From: Bacillus subtilis subsp. subtilis str. 168
GTDB lineage: Bacteria > Bacillota > Bacilli > Bacillales > Bacillaceae
DNA length: 32,000 nt
Assembly (NCBI RefSeq): GCF_000009045.1
Contig: NC_000964.3
Coordinates: 480,001-512,000 of the forward strand
Direction of reading: 5' to 3'
Shown here: piece by piece, positions 8,830 through 16,595 of the stretch
Layout: every line of letters starts with the position of its first letter
How positions within the stretch are numbered: position 1 is the stretch's first letter
Notes under the pieces: model-generated
Told to the model about the DNA's origin: nothing
The model's database searches: none
What the model saw: the letters and a program-made list of their open reading frames with translations, nothing else
Position numbers and translations under genes: made by a program

Positions 8830-10554
8830 ATGGCACACAAAACTGCAGGACAAGCAATGACAGAGCTGCTTGAGCAATGGGGAGTTGATCATGTATACGG
8901 CATCCCCGGAGACAGTATAAATGAGTTTATCGAAGAATTAAGACACGAAAGAAATCAACTGAAGTTCATTCAAACCCGCCACGAAGAGGTAGCGGCACTG
9001 GCAGCCGCGGCTGAAGCAAAACTCACCGGCAAGATCGGAGTCTGTCTGTCAATCGCAGGGCCGGGAGCGGTGCACTTATTAAATGGTTTATATGATGCTA
9101 AAGCCGACGGCGCCCCTGTGCTGGCGATTGCAGGACAGGTTTCTTCTGGCGAAGTCGGACGGGACTATTTCCAGGAGATTAAGCTGGAGCAAATGTTTGA
9201 GGACGTGGCCGTGTTCAACAGAGAGGTACATAGCGCGGAATCACTTCCGGATCTCTTAAATCAGGCGATCAGGACCGCCTACAGCAAAAAAGGCGTTGCG
9301 GTATTGAGCGTGTCAGATGATTTGTTTGCGGAGAAAATCAAACGGGAGCCCGTGTATACTTCACCGGTGTATATTGAAGGGAACCTAGAACCGAAAAAAG
9401 AACAGCTCGTCACCTGCGCCCAATATATTAATAACGCTAAGAAACCGATTATCCTGGCAGGGCAGGGAATGAAAAAGGCGAAACGGGAGCTCTTAGAATT
9501 TGCGGACAAAGCCGCCGCTCCGATCGTTGTTACACTCCCGGCAAAGGGTGTTGTTCCCGATAAGCACCCACATTTTCTCGGCAACCTCGGTCAGATCGGA
9601 ACAAAGCCGGCTTACGAGGCAATGGAGGAATGTGATTTATTAATCATGCTCGGAACGTCATTCCCGTACCGTGATTATTTGCCTGATGACACGCCGGCGA
9701 TACAGCTCGATTCAGACCCGGCAAAAATCGGAAAACGGTATCCGGTGACAGCGGGCCTTGTCTGTGATTCGGCTCTCGGTTTGCGCGAATTGACAGAGTA
9801 TATTGAACGCAAGGAAGACAGAAGATTCCTGAATGCCTGCACAGAACATATGCAGCATTGGTGGAACGAAATTGAAAAAGATGAGACAGAGGCAACAACA
9901 CCGCTTAAACCTCAGCAGGTCGTGGCCCGTCTTCAGGAAGCGGCAGCCGATGATGCGGTGCTCTCTGTAGATGTCGGCACTGTGACAGTCTGGATGGCGC
10001 GTCATTTCAAAATGAACGCGAATCAGGATTTCATCGTTTCCAGCTGGCTTGCGACAATGGGCTGCGGCCTGCCGGGAGCGATTGCAGCGAGCTTGTCCGA
10101 ACCGGAACGCCAGGCGATCGCCGTCTGCGGTGACGGGGGATTTTCCATGGTCATGCAGGACCTTCCGACCGCCGTTAAATATAAGCTCCCGATCACAGTC
10201 GTTATTTTAAACAACGAAAATCTCGGCATGATTGAGTACGAGCAGCAGGTCAAAGGCAATATCGACTATGTCACAAAACTTCAAAATGTCGACTATGCCG
10301 CATTTGCAGAAAGCTGCGGAGCAAAGGGCATCAAAGTGACCAAAGCGGAAGAGCTTGCGCCGGCTTTTCATGAGGCGCTGCACTCTGACCAACCGGTCGT
10401 AGTGGATGTCATGATTGGAAACGAACCGCCGCTTCCTGGCAAAATCACCTACGGGCAGGCGAAAGGCTTTAGCAAGTACATGCTGAAAAACTTCTTCGAA
10501 AACCAAAAATTTGAAATGCCGTCACTGAAGAAAAGTTTGAAACGGTTATTTTAA
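8830..10554 (+). CDS. ydaP: Thiamine-diphosphate-dependent pyruvate oxidase-like enzyme
   Basis: 574-aa ORF with SD AAAGGAGG. N-terminal TPP-pyrimidine domain (GIPGDSINEF), central FAD-type domain, and a C-terminal TPP motif GDGGFSM...NNENLG. Confidence 0.9.
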   Translation: MAHKTAGQAMTELLEQWGVDHVYGIPGDSINEFIEELRHERNQLKFIQTRHEEVAALAAAAEAKLTGKIGVCLSIAGPGAVHLLNGLYDAKADGAPVLAIAGQVSSGEVGRDYFQEIKLEQMFEDVAVFNREVHSAESLPDLLNQAIRTAYSKKGVAVLSVSDDLFAEKIKREPVYTSPVYIEGNLEPKKEQLVTCAQYINNAKKPIILAGQGMKKAKRELLEFADKAAAPIVVTLPAKGVVPDKHPHFLGNLGQIGTKPAYEAMEECDLLIMLGTSFPYRDYLPDDTPAIQLDSDPAKIGKRYPVTAGLVCDSALGLRELTEYIERKEDRRFLNACTEHMQHWWNEIEKDETEATTPLKPQQVVARLQEAAADDAVLSVDVGTVTVWMARHFKMNANQDFIVSSWLATMGCGLPGAIAASLSEPERQAIAVCGDGGFSMVMQDLPTAVKYKLPITVVILNNENLGMIEYEQQVKGNIDYVTKLQNVDYAAFAESCGAKGIKVTKAEELAPAFHEALHSDQPVVVDVMIGNEPPLPGKITYGQAKGFSKYMLKNFFENQKFEMPSLKKSLKRLF

Positions 10555-10557
10555 AAA

Positions 10558-10597
10558 AACAGGGGCCCTAAGAGCCCTTGTTTTTTTTTTTTTTTTT
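10558..10597 (+). terminator. ydaP intrinsic terminator with a 17-T tract
   Basis: An A-run, then stem cagggGC/GCcccttg around a 7-nt loop, then 17 consecutive T (10581-10597). Confidence 0.85.
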
Positions 10598-10686
10598 GGA
10601 AACAAATGTATTTTCAGCATGTTTGAATTCATAAAATGATCGGTATATGTATTAGGAACTGATTTCGCCATACTCGAAACAGACAA

Positions 10687-10730
10687 AAGGACAAATGCAT
10701 CTTGTTTCAAAGGAAGATGCATTTGTCCTT
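10687..10730 (-). terminator. Terminator hairpin downstream of ydaQ
   Basis: Perfect 17-bp stem (10687-10703 with 10714-10730) and a 10-nt loop. On the minus strand it is followed by TTTTGTCTGTTT. Confidence 0.7.
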
Positions 10731-10776
10731 GCATGCTTATTCTTATCAAATCTTACAGAACTCTTCTCATAATAGG

Positions 10777-11046
10777 TTATTTTTCTTTTTTCTTCAGCCC
10801 GAAGAAGAAAGGAAAAGCAGAACCGACCAAGAAGGTGCCGAATAAAAACATGCCGCCGATAAACACGTGGAAATTTGTGTGTCCGGCCGTAAACGCCGTG
10901 ATTAGGGAAATGATACTGAGCACGATCATGGCAATGCCGGGCGCGACTCTCATTTTTCCCTTGGATTTATGGGCAGCAACAGAACATAAAATGCCGATAA
11001 CAATAGGAACAATCCACAAATAAAACAGAATAAATACTGACATCAT
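10777..11046 (-). CDS. ydaQ: Small integral membrane protein (3 predicted TM helices)
   Basis: Hydrophobic ORF. Start trimmed to the ATGATG pair (11046 or 11043), which lies 5 or 8 nt after a GGAG. The longer 107-aa version has no SD. Has its own terminator downstream. The symbol is from remembered gene order. Confidence 0.6.
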   Translation of the reverse strand: MMSVFILFYLWIVPIVIGILCSVAAHKSKGKMRVAPGIAMIVLSIISLITAFTAGHTNFHVFIGGMFLFGTFLVGSAFPFFFGLKKKEK

Positions 11047-11115
11047 CAAAACTCCGATTTTTCTTCTATCATAACAAATTTCTGTCAAAAAGGGTATCAA
11101 TGAGCTTTTGCGGAA

Positions 11116-11146
11116 AAATAAAAACCGGCTTTAGAAGCCGGTTTTT
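11116..11146 (-). terminator. mntH intrinsic terminator
   Basis: On the minus strand the stop TAA runs straight into AAAAACCGGCTTCTAAAGCCGGTTTTTATTTTT (stem ccggctt/aagccgg). Confidence 0.85.
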
Positions 11147-12424
11147 TTATCGAAACGTATCTACAATTAAAAACACATTCAAAGCAACGATCAATACAGC
11201 AATCAGCCAAGACACCACTGTGATCCATTTGGCGTTGATCAGAGATCCCATGATCCGTTTATTGCTTGTAAACATAATAAGCGGAATGAGGGCAAAGGCG
11301 ATCCCGAAGGACAGCACGACCTGGCTCAGTACGAGAGCGGTCGTCGGATTAACACCTGACGCGATGATCAAGATCGGCGGAATGATCGTGATAAAACGCC
11401 GTACATACAGCGGAATGCGGTAGTTGATAAATCCTTGCATAATCACGTCGCCTGAAAGTGTGCCGACAGACGAACTGGATAGACCGGCAACGAGCAGCCC
11501 GATCCCGAACAAAGCCGCAGACATAGGGCTGACAAGATGTCCGAATTGCTGAAATGCGACGTCGAGATCCTCAACAAACAGGCCGTTTTTGAAGAATAAT
11601 GCGGCAGCCACAATCAGCATACTTGCATTAATAGCCCCTGCAATCAGCATCGCTATTAAAATATCAATAAATTCAAACCTAAAGATTTTTTTCCGTTCTG
11701 CATCAGTTTTGCCAACCACCCGCCGCTGTGTAAGGGCAGAGTGTAAATAAATGGCGTGCGGCATAACAGTTGCGCCAAGAATACCCGCTGCAAGAAGCAC
11801 ACTGTCGGTGCCATGAAACGCCGGGACAAAAAGGCCCTTCATCACTGACACGGCATCAGGCTTTGCGAAAAAGGTCTGCAACGCAAAGGCGATCACGACC
11901 ACAAACAGCATACCGGCAATACCTGCTTCAAGTGAGCGATAACCACGGCGCTGAAGCTCCAATATCGCGAAAGAACCGATCGCCGCAATAATAGACGCTT
12001 CAAGCATCGGAATGCCGAACAGCAAATACAGTCCCAGAGCCGCTCCGATAAATTCCGCCAGATCAGTTGCGATAATGACCAACTCGCCCTGAATCCATAA
12101 TCCGATCGAGACAGGCTTCGGGAATTCTTCACGGGCAACCTCAGGCAGATTTTTGCCTGTCGCAATACCGAGTTTGGCGGATAGGGATTGAATTAAAAGC
12201 GCCATGATATTGGAAAATAAGATCACCCATAAGAGCATATATCCGTATTTAGAACCCGCCGAAATATTCGTTGCGAAGTTGCCGGGATCAATATAGGCAA
12301 TGGCTGCTATAAATGCAGGGCCGAGAAAAGGGAGCAGCCCTCTGAATCCTCTGATTTTCCCGTCAAGCGCATCTTGGACGGCTTTGGAACGGGGAGATTG
12401 TGCTGTGATGTCCTTGTTCATCAT
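11147..12424 (-). CDS. mntH: NRAMP-family proton-coupled Mn2+ transporter
   Basis: 425-aa polytopic ORF. NRAMP signature DPGN (AYIDPGNFATN) and a conserved MPH motif (ATVMPHAIYLHS). Recognised sequence. Confidence 0.93.
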   Translation of the reverse strand: MMNKDITAQSPRSKAVQDALDGKIRGFRGLLPFLGPAFIAAIAYIDPGNFATNISAGSKYGYMLLWVILFSNIMALLIQSLSAKLGIATGKNLPEVAREEFPKPVSIGLWIQGELVIIATDLAEFIGAALGLYLLFGIPMLEASIIAAIGSFAILELQRRGYRSLEAGIAGMLFVVVIAFALQTFFAKPDAVSVMKGLFVPAFHGTDSVLLAAGILGATVMPHAIYLHSALTQRRVVGKTDAERKKIFRFEFIDILIAMLIAGAINASMLIVAAALFFKNGLFVEDLDVAFQQFGHLVSPMSAALFGIGLLVAGLSSSSVGTLSGDVIMQGFINYRIPLYVRRFITIIPPILIIASGVNPTTALVLSQVVLSFGIAFALIPLIMFTSNKRIMGSLINAKWITVVSWLIAVLIVALNVFLIVDTFR

Positions 12425-12463
12425 GTCTCACCTGAATTCTGTTTGTTTTTGCCGTACAACAAA

Positions 12464-12481
12464 GAGTTTCCTTAAGGCAAA
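12464..12481 (-). promoter_or_regulatory. MntR operator (Mn-dependent repression of mntH)
   Basis: Minus strand reads AATTTGCCTTAAGGAAACT, with a perfect 8-bp palindromic core CCTTAAGG and A/T-rich arms. Lies just downstream of the -10, about +6 to +24. Matches the remembered MntR box of mntH. Confidence 0.7.
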
Positions 12482-12493
12482 TTATTTTATCTA

Positions 12494-12522
12494 CATCATA
12501 TGACCATCCCGGTTTCTTGTCA
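12494..12522 (-). promoter_or_regulatory. Sigma-A promoter of mntH
   Basis: Minus strand: TTGACA (12522-12517), 17-nt spacer, TATGAT (12499-12494). Confidence 0.75.
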
Positions 12523-12603
12523 ACCGAAAATGTTCAAAATACACTTCTGAATTTTTCCCTGTTATGTAACATGATATGTAGGGATTCGTGATAAGGTCCC
12601 ATA

Positions 12604-12634
12604 TAAAAAGACATCGTTTCATTTCGAAACGATG
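12604..12634 (-). terminator. ydaT-ydaS terminator
   Basis: 9-bp stem catcgtttc/gaaacgatg (12612-12620 with 12626-12634), 5-nt loop. On the minus strand it is followed by TCTTTTTATAT. Confidence 0.75.
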
Positions 12635-12653
12635 CCTCCTGTATCTAATGAGT

Positions 12654-12911
12654 CTAGGCTTCCTTCCGCAGCCCGCGGAATATAAGGCCCAGCAAGAACA
12701 CGAAGATGGCTGCCCCGATGATGGCCGGGAAAATAGCAAAGCCGGCGAGGCTCGGTCCCCATGTGCCAAGAAGTCCGTGCCCAATCCAAGCGCCGATCAG
12801 CCCGGCAATCATAGAGCCGAAAATTCCTCCCGGCAGCCGGTTTCCTACAATGGCGCTCCCAATTAATCCGATAACAATTGCAACAACTAATGAAACCAAA
12901 AAGCTAAGCAT
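12654..12911 (-). CDS. ydaS: GlsB/YeaQ/YmgE-family (transglycosylase-associated) small stress membrane protein
   Basis: Gly-rich hydrophobic 85-aa protein (GLIGSAIVG...GLIGAWIGHGLLG). Start set at ATG 12911, 6 nt after GAGGTG. The ORF-track GTG at 12920 abuts the SD. Confidence 0.8.
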   Translation of the reverse strand: MLSFLVSLVVAIVIGLIGSAIVGNRLPGGIFGSMIAGLIGAWIGHGLLGTWGPSLAGFAIFPAIIGAAIFVFLLGLIFRGLRKEA

Positions 12912-12988
12912 CATGATCACCTCTCATAAATGATTTACCAATCAATAACCGCTCCTGATCATTTCGAAACACTTGAAAGCATATTCCT

Positions 12989-13441
12989 TTATGATCCTGT
13001 TTTAATCTTTCTCTGCACACTGCCGTCAGCTAAATGAACAATGACCTCAGTGCCTTTATGCGCCGCGATTTCCTTTGCCCGTTCAATCGCTTCTTTCTTT
13101 GTATCCTTGATTTCAGACACACGTTTGGCGCCCTCGGCTTTGACTGCCCAGCCTTTTTTATGCTTAATAACATGCTCTGCTTTATTCATGAGCTCGGGGC
13201 CGCTGCCGCTGCTTGGATCAGCATCGCGTTCTGTCTCATCATCATGCGTCAGGAAATCATCAATTTCATCTGTAGAGGCGTTTTCCGCCCATTCCTTCGC
13301 TTTGCTTGTCGCAATTGGAATCGCGCGCCCTTCCTCATAGCCTTCATCAATCATCGCATTCGCAATGTCTATCGCCTTTTTTCTCACCGGCTTCTCAAGA
13401 TTTTTTAATGAAGCAGGATAATCCTTCATCGACCAAGGCAT
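12989..13441 (-). CDS. ydaT: General stress protein: ChaB-like N-terminal region fused to a DUF2188-like C-terminal domain
   Basis: Start trimmed to ATG 13441 (150 aa), 8 nt after AAGGAG. The N-terminus MPWSMKDYPASLKNL...AIDIANAM resembles ChaB. The C-terminal HKKGWAVKAEGAKRVS...KEAIERAKEIA resembles DUF2188. Domain names are from memory. Confidence 0.8.
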   Translation of the reverse strand: MPWSMKDYPASLKNLEKPVRKKAIDIANAMIDEGYEEGRAIPIATSKAKEWAENASTDEIDDFLTHDDETERDADPSSGSGPELMNKAEHVIKHKKGWAVKAEGAKRVSEIKDTKKEAIERAKEIAAHKGTEVIVHLADGSVQRKIKTGS

Positions 13442-13472
13442 GTCTATCACTCCTTTTCCTTTTATAAAAATG

Positions 13473-13497
13473 GTACCCGCAGGTGAAAAATAAAAAC
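13473..13497 (-). promoter_or_regulatory. Sigma-B type promoter of ydaT-ydaS
   Basis: Minus strand: GTTTTT (13497-13492), 13-nt spacer, GGGTAC (13478-13473). About 30 nt upstream of the ydaT SD. Confidence 0.65.
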
Positions 13498-13558
13498 GCA
13501 TCCGAAAAAATGAAGGTATACTATATAGTAGAAAAAACGGAAGGGAAGTGCGGGTTGG

Positions 13559-14377
13559 GTGCCAACAGAACGAAAAGAAGACTTACATCAGCAATTAAAA
13601 GAGATAGAGAAATGGGAAAAAGATCAGCAAAAAGTCTGGTTTTGGGAAAAGCTCAGCCGTCTCCCGTTTCAACTCCTGGACAAGCTGACACCAGAATTCA
13701 TCCAGAAAAAGATCGGCAAGCTCTTGGATGAGGTCGGCAGCTTTGTTCAAACAGGCGGACAGTACCTGACATCTGAAAAACAGATTATCAGGATGTTTCA
13801 AAAGAAACTGCCGGAGGAGATCTTTGAATCGCTGGAGGACATCCGGAAAGCGCCTCTTCCTGTCATGGATGAAATTGCGGAAGGAATGGGCAAAAACAGA
13901 ACCAACGCAGCAACCGTTCAAGGCGCGACAACCGGTGTGGGCGGCGTGTTTACGCTGGCGGCAGACATTCCGGCAGTGCTTGGCTTATCACTAAAAACAT
14001 TACAGGATATCGCAGTCGCATACGGCTATGACCCAAAGGAGAAAAAAGAACGAGTCTTCATTGTGAAATGCCTGCAGCTTACGTCGGCTGATGTTGTCGG
14101 CAAAAGATCGATTTTGCAGGAATTAAAACACTACGATCAAGACCGTACATATAAGAATGTCGCTTCTCAAATCCAAGGCTGGCGAGAAGTCGTTTTGGGC
14201 TATCGAGACACGTTTGGCTGGAAAAAACTTTTCCAGATAGTGCCGGTTGCCGGAATGGTTTTTGGCGCCGCTGCCAATCGCTCAACATTAAACGACATTA
14301 CCGAGACAGGCATGATGCTGTACAAAAAGAGGCGCATTCTTGAACGACTGAAAGAAACAGAACGAGAGATGGAATAG
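13559..14377 (+). CDS. ydbA: EcsC-family protein (orphan, not next to ecsAB-like genes)
   Basis: 272-aa ORF with a GTG start. KWEKDQ N-terminal motif, a central GATTGVGGVFTLAADIPAVL segment and a C-terminal VPVAGMVFGAAAN segment, typical of EcsC as I remember it. Start position is only moderately supported (purine-rich GGAAGGGAAG 10 nt upstream). Confidence 0.75.
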   Translation: MPTERKEDLHQQLKEIEKWEKDQQKVWFWEKLSRLPFQLLDKLTPEFIQKKIGKLLDEVGSFVQTGGQYLTSEKQIIRMFQKKLPEEIFESLEDIRKAPLPVMDEIAEGMGKNRTNAATVQGATTGVGGVFTLAADIPAVLGLSLKTLQDIAVAYGYDPKEKKERVFIVKCLQLTSADVVGKRSILQELKHYDQDRTYKNVASQIQGWREVVLGYRDTFGWKKLFQIVPVAGMVFGAAANRSTLNDITETGMMLYKKRRILERLKETEREME

Positions 14378-14382
14378 CAGAA

Positions 14383-14417
14383 AGCAGACGGACACCGCGA
14401 TCCGCCTGCTTTTTTTA
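14383..14417 (+). terminator. ydbA terminator
   Basis: Stem agcagacgga/tccgcctgct (one mismatch), 8-nt loop, then T7. Confidence 0.8.
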
Positions 14418-14445
14418 GTGGAAACATACCCAATGTGTTTTGTTT

Positions 14446-14470
14446 GTTTAAAAGAATTGTGAGCGGGAAT
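14446..14470 (+). promoter_or_regulatory. Sigma-B promoter of gsiB
   Basis: GTTTAA (14446-14451), 13-nt spacer, GGGAAT (14465-14470). This is the textbook sigma-B promoter architecture, followed by SD AAAGGAGG. Confidence 0.85.
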
Positions 14471-14505
14471 ACAACAACCAACACCAATTAAAGGAGGAAT
14501 TCAAA

Positions 14506-14877
14506 ATGGCAGACAATAACAAAATGAGCAGAGAAGAAGCAGGTAGAAAAGGCGGAGAAACAACAAGCAAGAACCATGACAAAGAATTCTATCAAGAGAT
14601 TGGTCAAAAAGGCGGAGAAGCCACTAGCAAAAACCATGACAAAGAATTCTATCAGGAAATCGGCGAAAAAGGCGGAGAAGCCACTAGCAAGAACCATGAC
14701 AAAGAGTTCTATCAAGAAATCGGTGAAAAAGGCGGAGAAGCCACTAGCGAAAATCATGACAAAGAATTCTATCAAGAAATCGGCCGAAAAGGCGGAGAGG
14801 CAACAAGCAAAAATCATGATAAAGAATTCTACCAAGAAATTGGCTCAAAAGGCGGAAACGCCCGCAACAACGACTAA
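14506..14877 (+). CDS. gsiB: Glucose-starvation-inducible general stress protein B (hydrophilin/LEA-like repeat protein)
   Basis: 123-aa, extremely hydrophilic ORF built from five 20-aa repeats KGGE(A/T)TS(K/E)NHDKEFYQEIGx. Recognised sequence. Confidence 0.95.
   Translation: MADNNKMSREEAGRKGGETTSKNHDKEFYQEIGQKGGEATSKNHDKEFYQEIGEKGGEATSKNHDKEFYQEIGEKGGEATSENHDKEFYQEIGRKGGEATSKNHDKEFYQEIGSKGGNARNND
14548..14847 (+). repeat. Five in-frame tandem 60-bp repeats inside gsiB
   Basis: Near-identical 60-nt units (aaaggcggagaagccactagcaa[ag]aaccatgacaaaga[ag]ttctatca[ag]ga[ag]atcgg...), followed by a partial sixth unit. Confidence 0.9.
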
Positions 14878-14913
14878 TCAAAAGCATAAAGGCAGACAAC
14901 CTGTAAATAAAAA

Positions 14914-14948
14914 AGCGATCCGGCACATCAGCTGGATCGCTTTTTTTT
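14914..14948 (+). terminator. gsiB terminator
   Basis: Stem agcgatcc (14914-14921) with ggatcgct (14934-14941), 12-nt loop, then T8. Confidence 0.85.
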
Positions 14949-15008
14949 GGAATCTTCTCAATTTATGCCGCTATTGAGATACAATAAGTGAAAAAGGGGT
15001 TTTCGCTA

Positions 15009-15350
15009 ATGTCCAAGATGCAAAACTTGCTCGCCATCGCAAATGAAGTCAAAGAAAAGCACGCCAATTTTTCAATCTCAGAGGTCAACGACCACTGCGT
15101 GCGCCTTGCGGTGTTTACGGGAGAATATGACTGGCACCATCACCCTGACTCAGACGAATTGTTTATTGTTCTTGAAGGGGAGCTGCTGATCGATTTTAAG
15201 GACAAAGAAACCGCGGTGCTCAAAGCAAATGACAGCCTGCTGATCCCTAAAGGCACGGTTCACCGCACACGCTCTTACGTCAGAACGGTAAATCTCTGTG
15301 TGGAGCATAAACAAGCCGAAACCGTCATCATAGAGGAGCAGCCATGCTAA
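15009..15350 (+). CDS. ydbB: Cupin-domain protein
   Basis: 113 aa from ATG 15009. Cupin motifs WHHHPDSDELFIVLEG and PKGTVHR. The upstream GTG 14988 is possible but has a poorer SD context. Confidence 0.8.
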   Translation: MSKMQNLLAIANEVKEKHANFSISEVNDHCVRLAVFTGEYDWHHHPDSDELFIVLEGELLIDFKDKETAVLKANDSLLIPKGTVHRTRSYVRTVNLCVEHKQAETVIIEEQPC

Positions 15351-15703
15351 TCAAAAAGATGATATGTGAAGTAGATGCTGCAAACGCTGAAGCATTTGCA
15401 AAAGCGCAGTCACAGTGGGAAGCGTTATCGCATATAAGCGGCTTTATCAAACAGGCCGGCGGCTGGCGAAAAACGATAGACGAGCCGCTCACCGCAGAAA
15501 TCATCAGTGTATGGGAAAACAGAGAAGCCTATGATCATTTTATGGAGAACGAACATGACAGCATATACGAGGAAAACGATCAGAAGGCTGTAATTCTTTC
15601 GATAGAGGTGACGGTGTACGAAGAGGATAAACCGTTCGTTCACGATCTGTTACATAACCCCGATATCCGGTACGAACCAAACTGGACGGTTCTGAAGGCA
15701 TAA
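15344..15703 (+). CDS. ydbC: Small conserved protein of unknown function (DUF4937/ABM-like fold suggested)
   Basis: 119-aa ORF whose ATG overlaps the ydbB stop (ATGCTAA). Family name is from memory only. Confidence 0.7.
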   Translation: MLIKKMICEVDAANAEAFAKAQSQWEALSHISGFIKQAGGWRKTIDEPLTAEIISVWENREAYDHFMENEHDSIYEENDQKAVILSIEVTVYEEDKPFVHDLLHNPDIRYEPNWTVLKA

Positions 15704-15706
15704 TCA

Positions 15707-15733
15707 AAGCCCAAAACATCATGTTTTGGGCTT
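15707..15733. terminator. Shared hairpin between convergent ydbC and ydbD
   Basis: 13-nt arms aagcccaaaacat/atgttttgggctt fill the 36-nt gap. The U-tracts are weak on both strands. Confidence 0.6.
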
Positions 15734-15739
15734 GTCTCT

Positions 15740-16561
15740 TTACTCGCGTCCCGGAAGTGTATTATGAACAAAAGGCGGTGCTGGTTTTAACTCCGGTTTT
15801 TCTCCAAACGTTTTTGCTTCTTTCACATATTCAAAGGCTTCTCCGTCCGGCGCTTTTTCATTCAGCCAGTTTTGCTCGGCGCTTACTTCGCCTTCAGAGA
15901 AATTGATAAGCTGATGTGAGAACTCTTGTTTTTCGAGCGCTTTCGGGAATGTACCCGGCACAACCGGACCTTCCTGTGCTTCTAATTCTTTAATGGCGGC
16001 GAGCCATTGGTTCTGGTGCATCGTGTCACGCGCCAGCAGGAAGCTGAGCATATCTTTGACGCCTTTGTCATCCGTCATTTCAAACAGGCGTGCGACCTGC
16101 AGACGGCCCTGAGATTCCGCATTCAGGTTGGCGCGGAAGTCTGCCAGCAGGTTTCCGCTTGCTACGATATAACCGCCGCTCCAAGGTACGCCTGTACTGC
16201 TTTCCGGCATGGCGCCAAGTCCTGATACAATCGCATGGTGAGGGTTCATGCCGCCTAGGATGGAGCCGATGACCGGATCTTCAGCAGCTTTTTCCTGCTG
16301 ATCAAGAGGGGCATCCTCAAGAAGTCTGGCAATCATCGTTGCGATCATTTCAACATGCCCGAGCTCCTCAGTTGCCGTATCCATCAGCAAGTCCTTGTAT
16401 TTTTCATTTCCTCTTGTGTTCCAGCCTTGAAATAAGTACTGCATGGCAACTGAAATTTCTCCGAATTGCCCGCCTAAAATTTCTTGCATTTTTTTAGCGA
16501 ATAATGGATCTGGACGATCTGGTTTAGCAGGATGCTGCAGCATTTTTGTGTGCTTAAACAT
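15740..16561 (-). CDS. ydbD: Manganese (non-haem) catalase
   Basis: 273-aa ORF. Mn-catalase signature (EISVAMQYLFQGW ... EELGHVEMIATMI) with Glu/His di-Mn ligands. SD AGGAG lies 8 nt before the ATG. Confidence 0.9.
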   Translation of the reverse strand: MFKHTKMLQHPAKPDRPDPLFAKKMQEILGGQFGEISVAMQYLFQGWNTRGNEKYKDLLMDTATEELGHVEMIATMIARLLEDAPLDQQEKAAEDPVIGSILGGMNPHHAIVSGLGAMPESSTGVPWSGGYIVASGNLLADFRANLNAESQGRLQVARLFEMTDDKGVKDMLSFLLARDTMHQNQWLAAIKELEAQEGPVVPGTFPKALEKQEFSHQLINFSEGEVSAEQNWLNEKAPDGEAFEYVKEAKTFGEKPELKPAPPFVHNTLPGRE

Positions 16562-16595
16562 GTACCCATCTCCTTTTTCGTTTATCTCTTTTTAT

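Noticed and set aside
10733-11423. Plus-strand ORFs 10733..11023 and 11100..11423, opposite ydaQ and mntH
   Set aside because: They are mirror frames of hydrophobic membrane-protein genes. They have no SD and cross terminators.
12491-12933. ORFs 12491..12784-, 12588..12866+ and 12706..12933+ around ydaS and the mntH promoter
   Set aside because: They overlap the mntH promoter and operator, the ydaS terminator, or ydaS itself in the wrong frame. Their Pro/Arg/Ala-rich composition reflects the Gly-rich ydaS sequence read out of frame.
14488-14977. Repetitive ORFs in other frames or on the other strand of gsiB (14488..14835-, 14576..14977+, 14744..14926-). I also considered the 60-bp periodicity as a possible CRISPR-like array.
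   Set aside because: The periodic peptides are a by-product of the in-frame gsiB tandem repeats. The units are contiguous with no unique spacers, there are no cas genes, and the repeat lies inside a well-known coding sequence. It is therefore not a CRISPR array.
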